A DNA stretch of 64,000 bases from the NCBI GenBank assembly GCA_964016885.1, contig OZ024762.1, positions 9,920,001 to 9,984,000 on the forward strand. Direction: 5' to 3'. This stretch comes from Eledone cirrhosa. Taxonomy: Eukaryota. Numbering within the stretch: position 1 is the first letter of the stretch; each line of letters starts with the position of its first letter. The position numbers and the translations under genes were made by a program. Below are positions 27,906 to 38,887 of this stretch, piece after piece. A model generated the notes under the pieces. It had not been told where the DNA came from. It saw only the letters and a program-made list of their open reading frames with translations, and did not search any database.

Positions 27906-28051
27906 TCAGAAATCGTTCTTTCGATTCCTCTGGCACATGGCAATTGAAAACGCAAAGAGAATAAGGAGAAGAATAACATTAACAACAACAAGGGACCAGG
28001 TTGTCTTCATGAAAATGGTTATTTTTGCTGAGTCTTCTGTGATTTGGTCAG
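27906..28051 (-). CDS. Exon 11/11: short stalk, transmembrane helix, very short cytoplasmic tail, stop
   Basis: Manual translation (T)DQITEDSAKITIFMKTTWSLVVVNVILLLILFAFSIAMCQRNRKNDF*. Phase 1 matches exon 10, and a hydrophobic span is followed by basic RNRK. Total CDS 1974 nt (657 aa). The acceptor polypyrimidine tract is weak. Confidence 0.82.
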
Positions 28052-28565
28052 CTGCTTGACAGAATTCTTTATTTCATGTTCAGCAAATGGAAAAATAAAA
28101 GAGATTCATATATAAATATATAGAATTAGGATTTAGCTTCAGGCATAGCTGTATACAAATATGTATTATAATTTCATATTTCTAAAGAAACACGGTATGT
28201 TTATAGATAAACATTTAGCTTCAGGCGAATATATGTGAACACACTACACAGTGGTTTTTCTGCTAGTAATAATAATTATTTCTACTTTTAGCATAAGGCC
28301 AGCAATTACCCAGTGTATTACTGGTACTTTATTTTATTGACCCTGTAAGGATGAAAGGCAAAGTTAACCTCGGTGGGATATGAACTCGGAATGGCAAGGG
28401 CCGTAACTCTATGCGTCAAACCATGGCGTCCGACCCTCTACCGATACTATCAATCCAATAATGGTTTCTGATTTAGGCACAAGGCCAGCAATTTTAGGAG
28501 AAGGGGGAAATTCGATAAAATTGACCCCAGAAAGAAAGATGTATAAATCAAGCAACAAAACTTAC

Positions 28566-28738
28566 TTAAAGAGACTTTTGGGAAATATTCTGCCCAAAAC
28601 ATGTATTCTTGCTGCCGGTACTGGAATCCTACTCTTGTATGATTGTCAATGATCATATAACTTTGGTTATTCCAACGAAATGGGGGCCAGTAGACATCCC
28701 GGAAATATTTAAGATTATCAATAAACGGAGTTGGAGCC
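28566..28738 (-). CDS. Exon 10/11 carboxylesterase-fold gene
   Basis: APTPFIDNLKYFRDVYWPPFRWNNQSYMIIDNHTRVGFQYRQQEYMFWAEYFPKVSL, with WP and YR...FW end-of-domain motifs. Acceptor ttccag, donor A|GTAAGT, 173 nt, phase 2/1. Confidence 0.92.
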
Positions 28739-30091
28739 CTGGAAGTGAAAATATACATCAACAATCATTATCATCATCATCATCATCATCATAATTGTTT
28801 AACATTCATTTTCCACACCAGCATGGGTTAGACGGGTCGTCCCATTAGAGGCAAGTCAAGTCAGGTGACCATGTCTTGCTCATATAGAACTGTTTCTGGC
28901 TAGATTTCTATAAAAGGATGCCCTTCCTAACACCAACCACATTTATCGTGTGTGCTGGGTGCTTTTTGTTGTGACACCTACATGGCCCCTTTACAGTGTA
29001 TGCACAACCAATTTACAATATACATTAAAAAAAATGAATTGGATTGAAGATAGAGTAAATTTTAACTCTTAATCCTTTTGATACCAACCCTGGTTCTATG
29101 AAAGAAAACCACCCATTTCAAACAATTCCTATATAAATTTATATCTTCCAGCAGTCCACACTGTAAATGTGGTTGTTATTAGAAAGGGCATGCAGCTGTA
29201 AAAGCCTCGGCCAAACTTGTCTCTCAAATTGGAAAACCCGTCTAACCCATGTAAGCATGACAAATGATGTTAAACGATGATGATAATGATATATAAGAAC
29301 CATATTTCAAGTTATTATATTAGGAACGTAATATATAAGCAATGTAGGATATAAGTGTTTGGAGTAATGTTACTCGATGGAGTGCATAGCTCAGAGATCA
29401 GAGAGTCACTCCAGGTAGAGTCGCTACTTCTCAGAATTGAGAAATCACAGCTTTGATACTATGGGCATGTGGTTAGAATATCTCAGGAAAAAAATTGCAG
29501 GACAGATTTTACAGGCAAAAGCAACTGGCGGGAGACCCAGGAGTAGATCCTGAGCAAGATGGTTAGATAACATCCTTGAGCTTGGCTGGTCTCGCTTGGG
29601 GATACAGCCGGATCAGATGGAAACTGTTGCTTTTGACAAGACCTGTTGGAGGGAGTGTTTGAGGACTCTGCCCCCGTAACCCTCTCAGGAATAAGTGGAA
29701 GAAGAAGTATATAATTGTGAGGTCTTAACTTATAATGGATCTTATAATTACCTATGTGCAACTGCTAATGATTTTTAAAACTAGATATTATACATATTTA
29801 CATTCTTTTAAAAATGAAAAATGAAAACATTCTACCTCTTTAGCTAAATTAACCTGGAGTCTAAAAAAGGATAATATTCAATACTTTATTAGATGGGATA
29901 TTATTAATTCAGCAAAACCTTATAGAGGTGGTAAAACTATGGTGGTATGGTAACATGGTGGTGTGGTGGTATGGTGGTGTAGTGACGTAATGCTACGGCG
30001 GTGTAGTAGTATGGTGGTGTAATGGTGTAGAGATATGGTGGCGTAATGGTGTAGTGATATGGTGGTGTAGTGGTATGTATTTACTACTAAC

Positions 30092-30254
30092 CCATGTAGA
30101 GAGAAGTTGGTCCAGACGGTCATCATATAGTTACTCATCTCACGGTCACCAAGAGTGTAGTCTTGTCTGGGATAGATACCAGTAAGTTCCTGATAACAAC
30201 TGGAGAAATAAGGGAAACCAAACACATACTGTAGTTCCTGGCCGTGGGCAATTC
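30092..30254 (-). CDS. Exon 9/11 carboxylesterase-fold gene (His motif AHGQELQYVFG)
   Basis: (G)IAHGQELQYVFGFPYF...DREMSNYMMTVWTNFSLH(G). Acceptor tttcag, donor GG|GTTAGT, 163 nt, phase 1/2. Confidence 0.94.
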
Positions 30255-30479
30255 CTGAAACAGATTACATGATAGATATAATAATAATAATAATAATAAT
30301 TGTTTCTACTTTAGGCACAAGGCCAGCAACTACCCAGTGCCTCACTGGTACTTTATTTTATCGACCCCGTAAGGATGAAAGGCAAAGTCAACCTCGGCGG
30401 GATTTGAACTCAGATCGTAAAGGGACGTAACTATGCTAGAAAGCATGGCGTCCGACCCTCTACCGATACTACCAATCAA

Positions 30480-31195
30480 GATGGTATGCCTGCTATTTGA
30501 TATGTCCATTCCAATAGACAAGAATGTATCTGTAAAAACATTTGAAAAATTGAGCAAGTATAAAGACCTGGAGATAGAGATTAGAAAAATGTGGAAGTTG
30601 AAAACTAAAACAATACCAGTGGCTGTAGGCGCTCTAGGAATGATACCTAAGGGGTCTAATGATTACTTATCCCAAATCCCAGGAAACCCGCGTATAGAAG
30701 AAAAACAAAAGATAGTACTAACCAGAACTGCCCATATAAGGAAGATTTTCTCAATATAAATACATCACAAGTGTAAACACCTAAAGATACATGTGTGTGT
30801 GTATGTATGTTCTTTCTTGAACATGGCGGACCTTGTTGTCTCTTGAGGTCACTGGTTGTGACTTGGTGATAACTCGTATGAACATAAGGCAAGATAAATG
30901 AAATAATAATAATAATAATAAATGGAAAAGAGCAACATATCCATTTTGTGGGATATGCCTGTGAGAAATGATCGAGAAATCTCTGCCAACAGACCAGATA
31001 TCATCATAAAAAAACAAAACAGATTGGACATGTAACCTTATAGATATTTCCACCAGTTGACAAGAATACATCTATAAAAACAATGGAAAAACTGTCAAAA
31101 TTCAAAGACCTAAAAATAGATATCAACCACATGTGGAGGATGACCACAAACACTATCCCTGTGGTAATAGGAGCATTAGGATTAATACCCAAATC
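30480..31195 (+). mobile_element. Two fragments of RLE-type (R4/Dong-like) non-LTR endonuclease region
   Basis: DMSIPIDKNVSVKTFEKLSKYKDLEIEIRKMWKLKTKTIPVAVGALG (30480-30760) and a diverged NRPDII...EKLSKFKDLKIDINHMW...IPVVIGALG (30960-31195). Confidence 0.75.
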
Positions 31196-32187
31196 ATCAA
31201 ACTGGCTGTAACTGGCTTATACTAATGTTAAGGTATTGTTCTCAAATAAATAATACCAAAATCTTGTAGATTCGATATTATGTGAGATAAAGCCTTTACC
31301 ATAAAAATGTAATTGCATCATCATCATCACCGTTTTACGTCCATTCTTCCACGCTAGCATGGGTTAGATGGGTTATCCTGTTGTGGGCAGTGTCCGGTCG
31401 GCTGACCTTGTCTTGCTCATACGGGAACTGATTCTGGCTTGATTTCAACAGCTGGATGCCCTTCCTAACACCAACCTCATTTACAGTGAGTGCTGGGTGA
31501 TTTTTTTTTGCCGTGGCACCCACACGTCTACTTTACAGTGTGGACTGGGTGCCTTTTTGTCATGACACCTCCACGACCACTTTGCAGTGGAATGATAGGG
31601 ACCCCAGTCCTATCATCTCATTTCTACAGCTGAGTAAACTGGAGCAATGTGAAATAAAGTGTCTTGCTCAAGGAAACAGAGTAATGTAAATGCTAAAGGG
31701 TTAAGCTTGGGTTCCATCTAAAACCTGTTCTATTTTATAGAAACTGTGTATAAAAGTATACAAATATTCCAAAATCCGAAGCACTTCTGGTCCCAAATAT
31801 TTCAGATAATGGATTCTCAATCTTTGTAAGCAAAACAAAGAAAGAAAAAAACCTCAATGGTTCTCACTGAGCAAGGGAAATAACTGTTGTAATCATTGAG
31901 TTATTTCTTAATAGTTGCTTACAAACACACACACACACACACACTTTCTCTCTATCTCTCAGGTCTCACCACAATGCCCAAGTCTCACCACAACACCCAG
32001 ATCTCACTACAACACCCATGTCTCACATGTGTATGTGTGTGTGTGTGTGCAAAAACCAAAGTAACAAAATAATAAAGTACAATGAAGATATATATTAATT
32101 TGACACTTGATATAATAGGAAAAGAGTTTTAACGTTTCAACAAGAATATAGAAGTTTCTGCAATATAGTGAGCAGAATGGACCTTAC

Positions 32188-32314
32188 CTCTCCATGGTGG
32201 AAGGTAGTCATACCATGATTTGTATTTGAAGACATAGAAATAAGTATTATTATATCTTGCATGGTATTTCACAGCTTCATCAACACCAGAACCAAACATG
32301 TAGTCAGACATCAG
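32188..32314 (-). CDS. Exon 8/11 carboxylesterase-fold gene
   Basis: LMSDYMFGSGVDEAVKYHARYNNTYFYVFKYKSWYDYLPPWR(G), with SDxxF and TYFYxF motifs. Acceptor tttcag, donor G|GTAAGG, 127 nt, phase 0/1. Confidence 0.93.
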
Positions 32315-32814
32315 CTGAAAATAGGAGAGAGAGAGAGGGAATATTTTTAACACGTTCATTAGTATGCATGCATGTCCATGCATGCTGCAAGCAGCACATT
32401 GAGCTGGTGTTTATCCTGGTTTCATGGCATGAAGTGATTGAGAGTACAAGACTTCCCCCTGGACAAGATACCAGTCCATCACTGAGTTAAACCCCCAGCT
32501 ATTGCTCGTACTCTTTTTCAGCTGAGTGTACTGGAGCAACGTGAAATGAAGTGTTTTGCTCAAGAACACAATACGCAACCCAGGAATTGTACCTGCGACA
32601 TTATGATCATAAGTCCAACACCTTCATCACTAGGTCACGTACCTTCACATTAGTATATGAGGGTCAGCCAAAAAGTTAATTACCATTGGTAATAACTGGT
32701 ATAGTGTGATAGGTATATGAAGGTCGACTGAAATGCTAATAAGCTGACCAAGACAATCTCACGGAATGACTAAATAAGATTTCATTTCCAGCATAGAAAC
32801 AATGCAGTTATTAA

Positions 32815-33245
32815 TTCTGTGCTACACAAAACACTTATGCCAAAACTCTCTCCAAAGGATGTGAGAGATGATCTTTATAATTGGTTGAAGTCTTTCATTC
32901 TCAGTCGAAAAGAGTTAGTCATGGTTCTAGGACAGCATTCTTCACCCTATGCGATGACATCTTGTGTACCACAGGGATCTGTTCTTGGTCCCCTTTTGTT
33001 TGTTGCATTTACTAATGACGTAGATGCCAACTTAAAGAATACCCGAGTGCTGAAATATGCAGATGGCATCAAGCTGTACCTTGAGATAAAAAGGACAGAT
33101 TCTGAACACTAGATCTTTCCTGCAATCAGACCTGGACAGAATGCATCAATGGATTATGGACTGGCAACTCAAGTTGGCTGTGGACAAATGTACCACCATG
33201 CATTTTGGGAGGAAAAACCCAGTGTTTGCATACTCCCTTCACATC
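32815..33245 (+). mobile_element. CR1/L2/Jockey-group LINE RT fragment
   Basis: CVPQGSVLGPLLFVAFTNDV...KYADGIKL. Confidence 0.85.
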
Positions 33246-33249
33246 ACTA

Positions 33250-35067
33250 ATGTTATCTAGGTGGTAGTGGTGGTAGTGTGTGGGAGTGTTATTCATGAAG
33301 TGGTGGTAGTGGCGGTAGTGTGTGGGAGTGTTATTCATGAAGTGGTGGTAGTGGTGGTAGTGTGTGGGAGTGTTATTCATGAAGTGGTGGTAGTGTGTGG
33401 AGTATTATCTAAGTGGTAGTGGCGGTAGTGTGTGGGAGTGTTATTCATGATGTGGTGGTAGTGTGTGGAGTGTTATCTAGGTGGTAGTGGCGGTAGTGTG
33501 TGGGAGTGTTATTCATGAAGTGGTGGTAGTGTGTGGAGTATTATCTAGGTGGTAGTGGTGGTAGTGTGTGGGAGTGTTATTCATGAAGTGGTGGTAGTGT
33601 GTGGAGTATTATCTAGGTGGTAGTGGCGGTAGTGTGTGGGAGTGTTATTCATGAAGTGGTGGTAGTGTGTGGAGTATTATCTAGGTGGTAGTGGTGGTAG
33701 TGTGTGGGAGTGTTATTCATGAAGTGGTGGTAGTGTGTGGAGTATTATCTAGGTGGTAGTGGCGGTAGTGTGTGGGAGTGTTATTCATGAAGTGGTGGTA
33801 GTGTGTGGAGTGTTATCTAGGTGGTAGTGGTGGTAGTGTGTGGGAGTGTTATTCATGAAGTGGTGGTAGTGTGTGGAGTATTATCTAGGTGGTAGTGGTG
33901 GTAGTGTGTGGGAGTGTTATTCATGAAGTGGTGGTAGTGTGTGGAGTGTTATCTAGGTGGTAGTGGTGGTAGTGTGTGGGAGTGTTATTCATGAAGTGGT
34001 GGTAGTGTGTGGAGTATTATCTAGGTGGTAGTGGCGGTAGTGTGTGGGAGTGTTATTCATGAAGTGGTGGTAGTGTGTGGAGTGTTATCTAGGTGGTAGT
34101 GGTGGTAGTGTGTGGGAGTGTTATTCATGAAGTGGTGGTAGTGTGTGGAGTATTATCTAGGTGGTAGTGGTGGTAGTGTGTGGGAGTGTTATTCATGAAG
34201 TGGTGGTAGTGTGTGGAGTGTTATCTAGGTGGTAGTGGTGGTAGTGTGTGGGAGTGTTATTCATGAAGTGGTGGTAGTGTGTGGAGTATTATCTAGGTGG
34301 TAGTGGCGGTAGTGTGTGGGAGTGTTATTCATGAAGTGGTGGTAGTGTGTGGAGTATTATCTAGGTGGTAGTGGCGGTAGTGTGTGGGAGTGTTATTCAT
34401 GAAGTGGTGGTAGTGTGTGGAGTATTATCTAGGTGGTAGTGGTGGTAATGTGTGGGAGTGTTATTCATGAAGTGGTGGTAGTGTGTGGAGTATTATCTAG
34501 GTGGTAGTGGCGGTAGTGTGTGGGAGTGTTATTCATGAAGTGGTGGTAGTGTGTGAAGTATTATCTAGGTGGTAGTGGTGGTAGTGTGTGGGAGTGTTAT
34601 TCATGAAGTGGTGGTAGTGTGTGGAGTATTATCTAGGTGGTAGTGGCGGTAGTGTGTGGGAGTATTATTCATGAAGTGGTGGTAGTGTGTGGAGTATTAT
34701 CTAGGTGGTAGTGGTGGTAGTGTGTGGGAGTGTTATTCATGAAGTGGTGGTAGTGTGTGGAGTGTTATCTAGGTGGTAGTGGTGGTAGTGTGTGGGAGTG
34801 TTATTCATGAAGTGGTGGTAGTGTGTGGAGTGTTATCTAGGTGGTAGTGGCGGTAGTGTGTGGGAGTGTTATTCATGAAGTGGTGGTAGTGTGTGGAGTG
34901 TTATCTAGGTGGTAGTGGCGGTAGTGTGTGGGAGTGTTATTCATGAAGTGGTGGTAGTGTGTGGAGTGTTATCTAGGTGGTAGTGGCGGTAGTGTGTGGG
35001 AGTGTTATTCATGAAGTGGTGGTAGTGTTTGGAGTGTTATCTAGGTGGTAGTGGTGGTGGTGGTAGT
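33250..35067. repeat. 68-bp G/T-rich minisatellite, about 26 copies, intron 7
   Basis: ttatctagg recurs at 33541, 33609, 33677. The unit is a dimer of related ggtggtagtgtgtgg subunits. Confidence 0.95.
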
Positions 35068-35095
35068 AGAACAAATCTAAGTATAAAAGACTTAC

Positions 35096-35274
35096 CGCAA
35101 TGGACCGGTTGCGAACACCAGTTATATTTTTGGGGTCTTCATAGTTAGTATATTCAAACTCCAGGCTCTCCAGGGCCCGCTCATAATTGCTGGCATTTCT
35201 CTCCAATACAAATTCATGGATGAGGTTTTGGAATTCTGTCGGTTGTATTCCATCTTCCAGTCCAAAGTAATTGG
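35096..35274 (-). CDS. Exon 7/11 carboxylesterase-fold gene
   Basis: (P)NYFGLEDGIQPTEFQNLIHEFVLERNASNYERALESLEFEYTNYEDPKNITGVRNRSIA. FEYTNxEDP resembles neuroligin FxYTDW. Acceptor cacag, donor GCG|GTAAGT, 179 nt, phase 1/0. Confidence 0.9.
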
Positions 35275-35289
35275 CTGTGATAGGAGATG

Positions 35290-35750
35290 AAGAGAGTTAG
35301 ATATAGAGTTAGAGAGCAGTAGAGAGAGTTAGAGAGCAGTAGAGAGAGTTAGAAAGCGCAGTAGAGAGAGTTAGAAAGCGCAGTAGAGAGAGTTAGAGAA
35401 CAGTATAGAGAGTTAGAGAGCAGTAGAGAGAAATAGAGAGCAGTAGAGAGAAATAGAGAGCAGTAGAGAGAGTTATAGAGAACAGTAGAGAGAGTTAGAG
35501 AGCAGTAGAGAGAGTTATAAGAGAGTTAGAGATAGTTATAGAGCAGTAGAGAGAGAGTTATTCAATTCACATATATAATAAGCTCCTTCATCAGAGAGAG
35601 TTATAAGAGAGTTGTAGAGCAATAGAGAGAGAGTTATTCAATTCACATATATAATAAGCTCCTTCATCAGGGAGCGTTAAATAGAGAGAGTTAGAGGGCA
35701 GTAGAGAGAGTTAGATAAAGAGGGTTAGATAGAGAGTTAGTAGAGAGTTA
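35290..35750. repeat. AG-rich 18-22-bp tandem repeat filling intron 6
   Basis: agagagttagagagcagt units, with two embedded copies of the exon 6 3' end. Confidence 0.88.
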
Positions 35751-35760
35751 TTCAACTCAC

Positions 35761-35926
35761 GTATATAATAAGCTCCTTCATCCTCAACAAGTCCTGCCAG
35801 AACCTTCACTCTCTTGAACCTTCTTTCTTGCCTCAATTTCTGTGTAGTTGTAGGGAGTATGGCGTTGCTATTACCTTCCACAGCTCCATCAACCACTGGG
35901 CCCCAAGGGTTACCTACCTCTCCTGG
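35761..35926 (-). CDS. Exon 6/11 carboxylesterase-fold gene (acid residue, GLVEDEG)
   Basis: PGEVGNPWGPVVDGAVEG...KVLAGLVEDEGAYYI, with PVVDG and G-x-x-x-DEG motifs. Acceptor tttag, donor C|GTGAGT, 166 nt, phase 0/1. Confidence 0.92.
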
Positions 35927-35952
35927 CTAAATAACAAACATGAGATATGTCA

Positions 35953-36330
35953 TGGTGGTGGTGGTGGTGGTGGTGGTGATGGTGGTGGTGGTGGTGTTGG
36001 TTGGTGGTGATGGTGGTAGTGATGGTGGTGGTGTTGGTAGTGATGGTGGTGGTGTTGGTTGGTCGTGGTGGTGGTTGGTGGTGGTGGTGGTTGGTGGTGG
36101 TGGTGGTGGTTGGTGGTAGTGGTGGTGGTGTTGGTGGTTGGTGGTGATGGTGGTGGTTGGTAGTGATGGTGGTGGTGGTGGTGGTGATAGTGATGGTGGT
36201 GTTGGTGGTGTTGGTGGTAATGGTAGTGGTGGTGGTGGTGGTGGTGGTGGTGATGGTAGTGATGGTAGTGTTGGGGTGTTGGTGGTGGTGATAGTAATGA
36301 TGATGATGGAGATGATGATAATAATAATAG
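35953..36330. repeat. (GGT)n low-complexity tract, intron 5
   Basis: Direct reading. Confidence 0.9.
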
Positions 36331-38595
36331 TTTCTACTTTAGGCACAAGGCCAGCAATTTTGTTGGAGGAGAAAGTCAATTAAATCGAGCCCAGTACATT
36401 ACTGGTACTTTATATTATCGACCTCGGCGGAATTTGAATTCAGATCATAAAGGGACGCAACTCTATGCTTCAAAGCATGGTGTCTGACATGCTTCGAGGG
36501 CACCCGGGAAGAGTACCCCTGTCCTCCTCAAATTCACCAGTCTATAGGCACAAGGCCAGCAATTACCCCAATGCATTACTGGTACTTTATTTTATTGAGC
36601 CCGTAAGGATGAAAGGCAAAGTTAACCTCGGCGGGATTTGAACTCAGACTGGAAAGGGACGTAACTCTATGCTGCAAAGCATGGCGTCCGACCCTCTACC
36701 GATACTGCCAATCCACACAATAATGAAAATAATGAAAATAATGATGATGAAGATGAAGATGATAATTATTTCTACTTTTGGCACAAGGCAAGCAATTATC
36801 CCAGTATATTACTGGTACTTTATTTTATCGACCCCCGTAAGGATGAAAGGCAAAGTTAACCTCGGCGGGATTTGAACTCAGACTGGAAAGGGACGTAACT
36901 CTATGCTGCAAAGCATGGCGTCCGACCCTCTACCGATACTGCCAATCCACACAATAATGAAAATAATGAAAATAATGAAAATAATGATGATGAAGATGAA
37001 GATGATAATTATTTCTACTTTTGGCACAAGGCAAGCAATTATCCCAGTGTATTACTGGTACTTTATTTTATCGAAAACTCTTACCCTCAGACGGATCCAA
37101 GCAGAAGCATTAATGATTTCCATAGCTGAGCGTTGCCTAAGGCAGGTGACCATACGGTAGTTATCATTGGTTGGACACCCCAGCGTCAATCCCAGGGTGT
37201 GGGCATAGTGTGAAGCACTGCCAGTCTTCTTTGTAGCCCAGACATTAAGATCGGAGCCGCTCATCATAATGGCATAGTCAAACATTTCTGGAATGGAAAA
37301 TTCCACAAACAGGGTCCTCCGGAATTAATAGGGAGAAAAAAAAAGGGGACAACAAGAATGAAAGTCACAAGAGAACCGGAAGAAATAGGGTAAAGCATTC
37401 CATCCCATCCCATCCCATCCCGTGTTCTAACGACTCTATCAATACACCACATATACATAAGCCAATGGTTCTCAAGGTGGCCACTACTGCCCCCCCCCCC
37501 CCCGGGGGCGTTGAGAAGGTCTAGAGGGGGGTAAGGAGTAGAGATGATATAATATAAAAGTATATTAACCCTTTAGCATTGAAACCAGCCATATCTGGCC
37601 AGAATTCTCTCATCCATTTCTGTTTAAACCAGCTATATCGATTAAGTCGATTAAATCGACCTCAGTACATTACTGGTACTTTATTTTATCGACCTCGTAA
37701 AGATTAAAGGTAAAGTTAACCTCAGCGGGATTTGAACTGAAAATGTAAAGGGCCGTAACTCTATGCCACAAAGCATGTTGTCCGACACTCTGCCAATTCT
37801 ACCAATCCACCACCCTATAATAATAACAATAATAATGGTTTCATTTATTGGCCACAAGGGCCAACAAATAGGGGACAATACAAAAGACGGGGACAGTGGG
37901 GGGGGGGGTACATAAAAATTGAGTAAAAAAATAGGAAAACAATTATAATAAACAAGAAAAATACAACAATGAAGATTCCCCAATGGGGGGGGGGCGATAA
38001 CCACCCAGGGTTGATTCAGGTACCCCATCAATATTGAACCAGCCGACGCTTCGTGGGCACCTGGGAAGGTCACCCCTCTCCTACACAAATCCACCAGCCT
38101 ACAGGCGCATGATCAGAGTAGGGCCACTCTCGCCACATTCACCCACCCAATAATAATAATGGGTTCTTGTATAGGCACAAGGCCAGCAATTTTTGGGGAA
38201 GGGGAAAGTCGACCAAATCGACCCCAGTGCGTGACTGGTACTTTATTTTATCGACCCCGTATGGATGGAAAACAAAGTTAACCTCGGCGGAATTTGAACT
38301 CAGTTCATAAAGGGACGTAACTCTATGCTGCAAAGCAGGGTGTCCGACCCTCTACCGATAACTGCCAATCCACTTCCCTTCACCCACCCAATAATAATTG
38401 TTTCTACTTTTGGCACAAGGCCAGCAATTATCCCAGTGTATTACTGGTACTTTATTTTATTGACCCCCCCCCCCCCCCCCGTAAGGATGAAAGGCAAAGT
38501 TAACCTCGGCGGAATTTGAACTCAGACCGTAAAGGGCCGTAACTCTATGCTGCAAAGCATGGCGGCCGACCTTCTCCGATACTGCCAATCCACCG
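36330..38595 (-). mobile_element. Cluster of about 8 co-oriented S2 SINE copies or fragments flanking exon 5
   Basis: Repeated ggcacaaggccagcaatt...gttaacctcggcgg...gaactcag units, including a 234-bp tandem duplication (36669 vs 36903). Confidence 0.88.
37085..37287 (-). CDS. Exon 5/11 carboxylesterase-fold gene
   Basis: (K)MFDYAIMMSGSDLNVWA...LGCPTNDNYRMVTCLRQRSAMEIINASAWIRLR, with AIxxSGS and LGC...CLR motifs. Acceptor ttccag, donor AGG|GTAAGA, 203 nt, phase 1/0. Confidence 0.93.
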
Positions 38596-38620
38596 TCCAA
38601 TAATAATAACAATTATTTAC

Positions 38621-38806
38621 TTTCTGACTGAGGTGAGAGTAGATGTATTCCAACACTTGCTGCACCAGCATCGTGACCTGCAAGGGTGATCTTGTTCGGG
38701 TCCCCTTGGAAATTCTTTATGTTGTTCTTAATAAAGTGCAAGGCATACACCTGGTCCCACATTCCATAGTTTCCAGGAGCTTCCTGGTCCTCAGTACTCA
38801 AGAAAC
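38621..38806 (-). CDS. Exon 4/11 carboxylesterase-fold gene (nucleophile elbow GHDAG)
   Basis: (G)FLSTEDQEAPGNYGMWDQVYALHFIKNNIKNFQGDPNKITLAGHDAGAASVGIHLLSPQSE. Acceptor ttcag, donor A|GTAAAT, 186 nt, phase 1/1. Confidence 0.95.
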
Positions 38807-38887
38807 CTGAAATTTGGAAGATGGAGACTGTACAAGCAGAAAAAAAAAAAAAAAAGCATTTCAATTATAGAGGGGGAGGGGGCTAGT

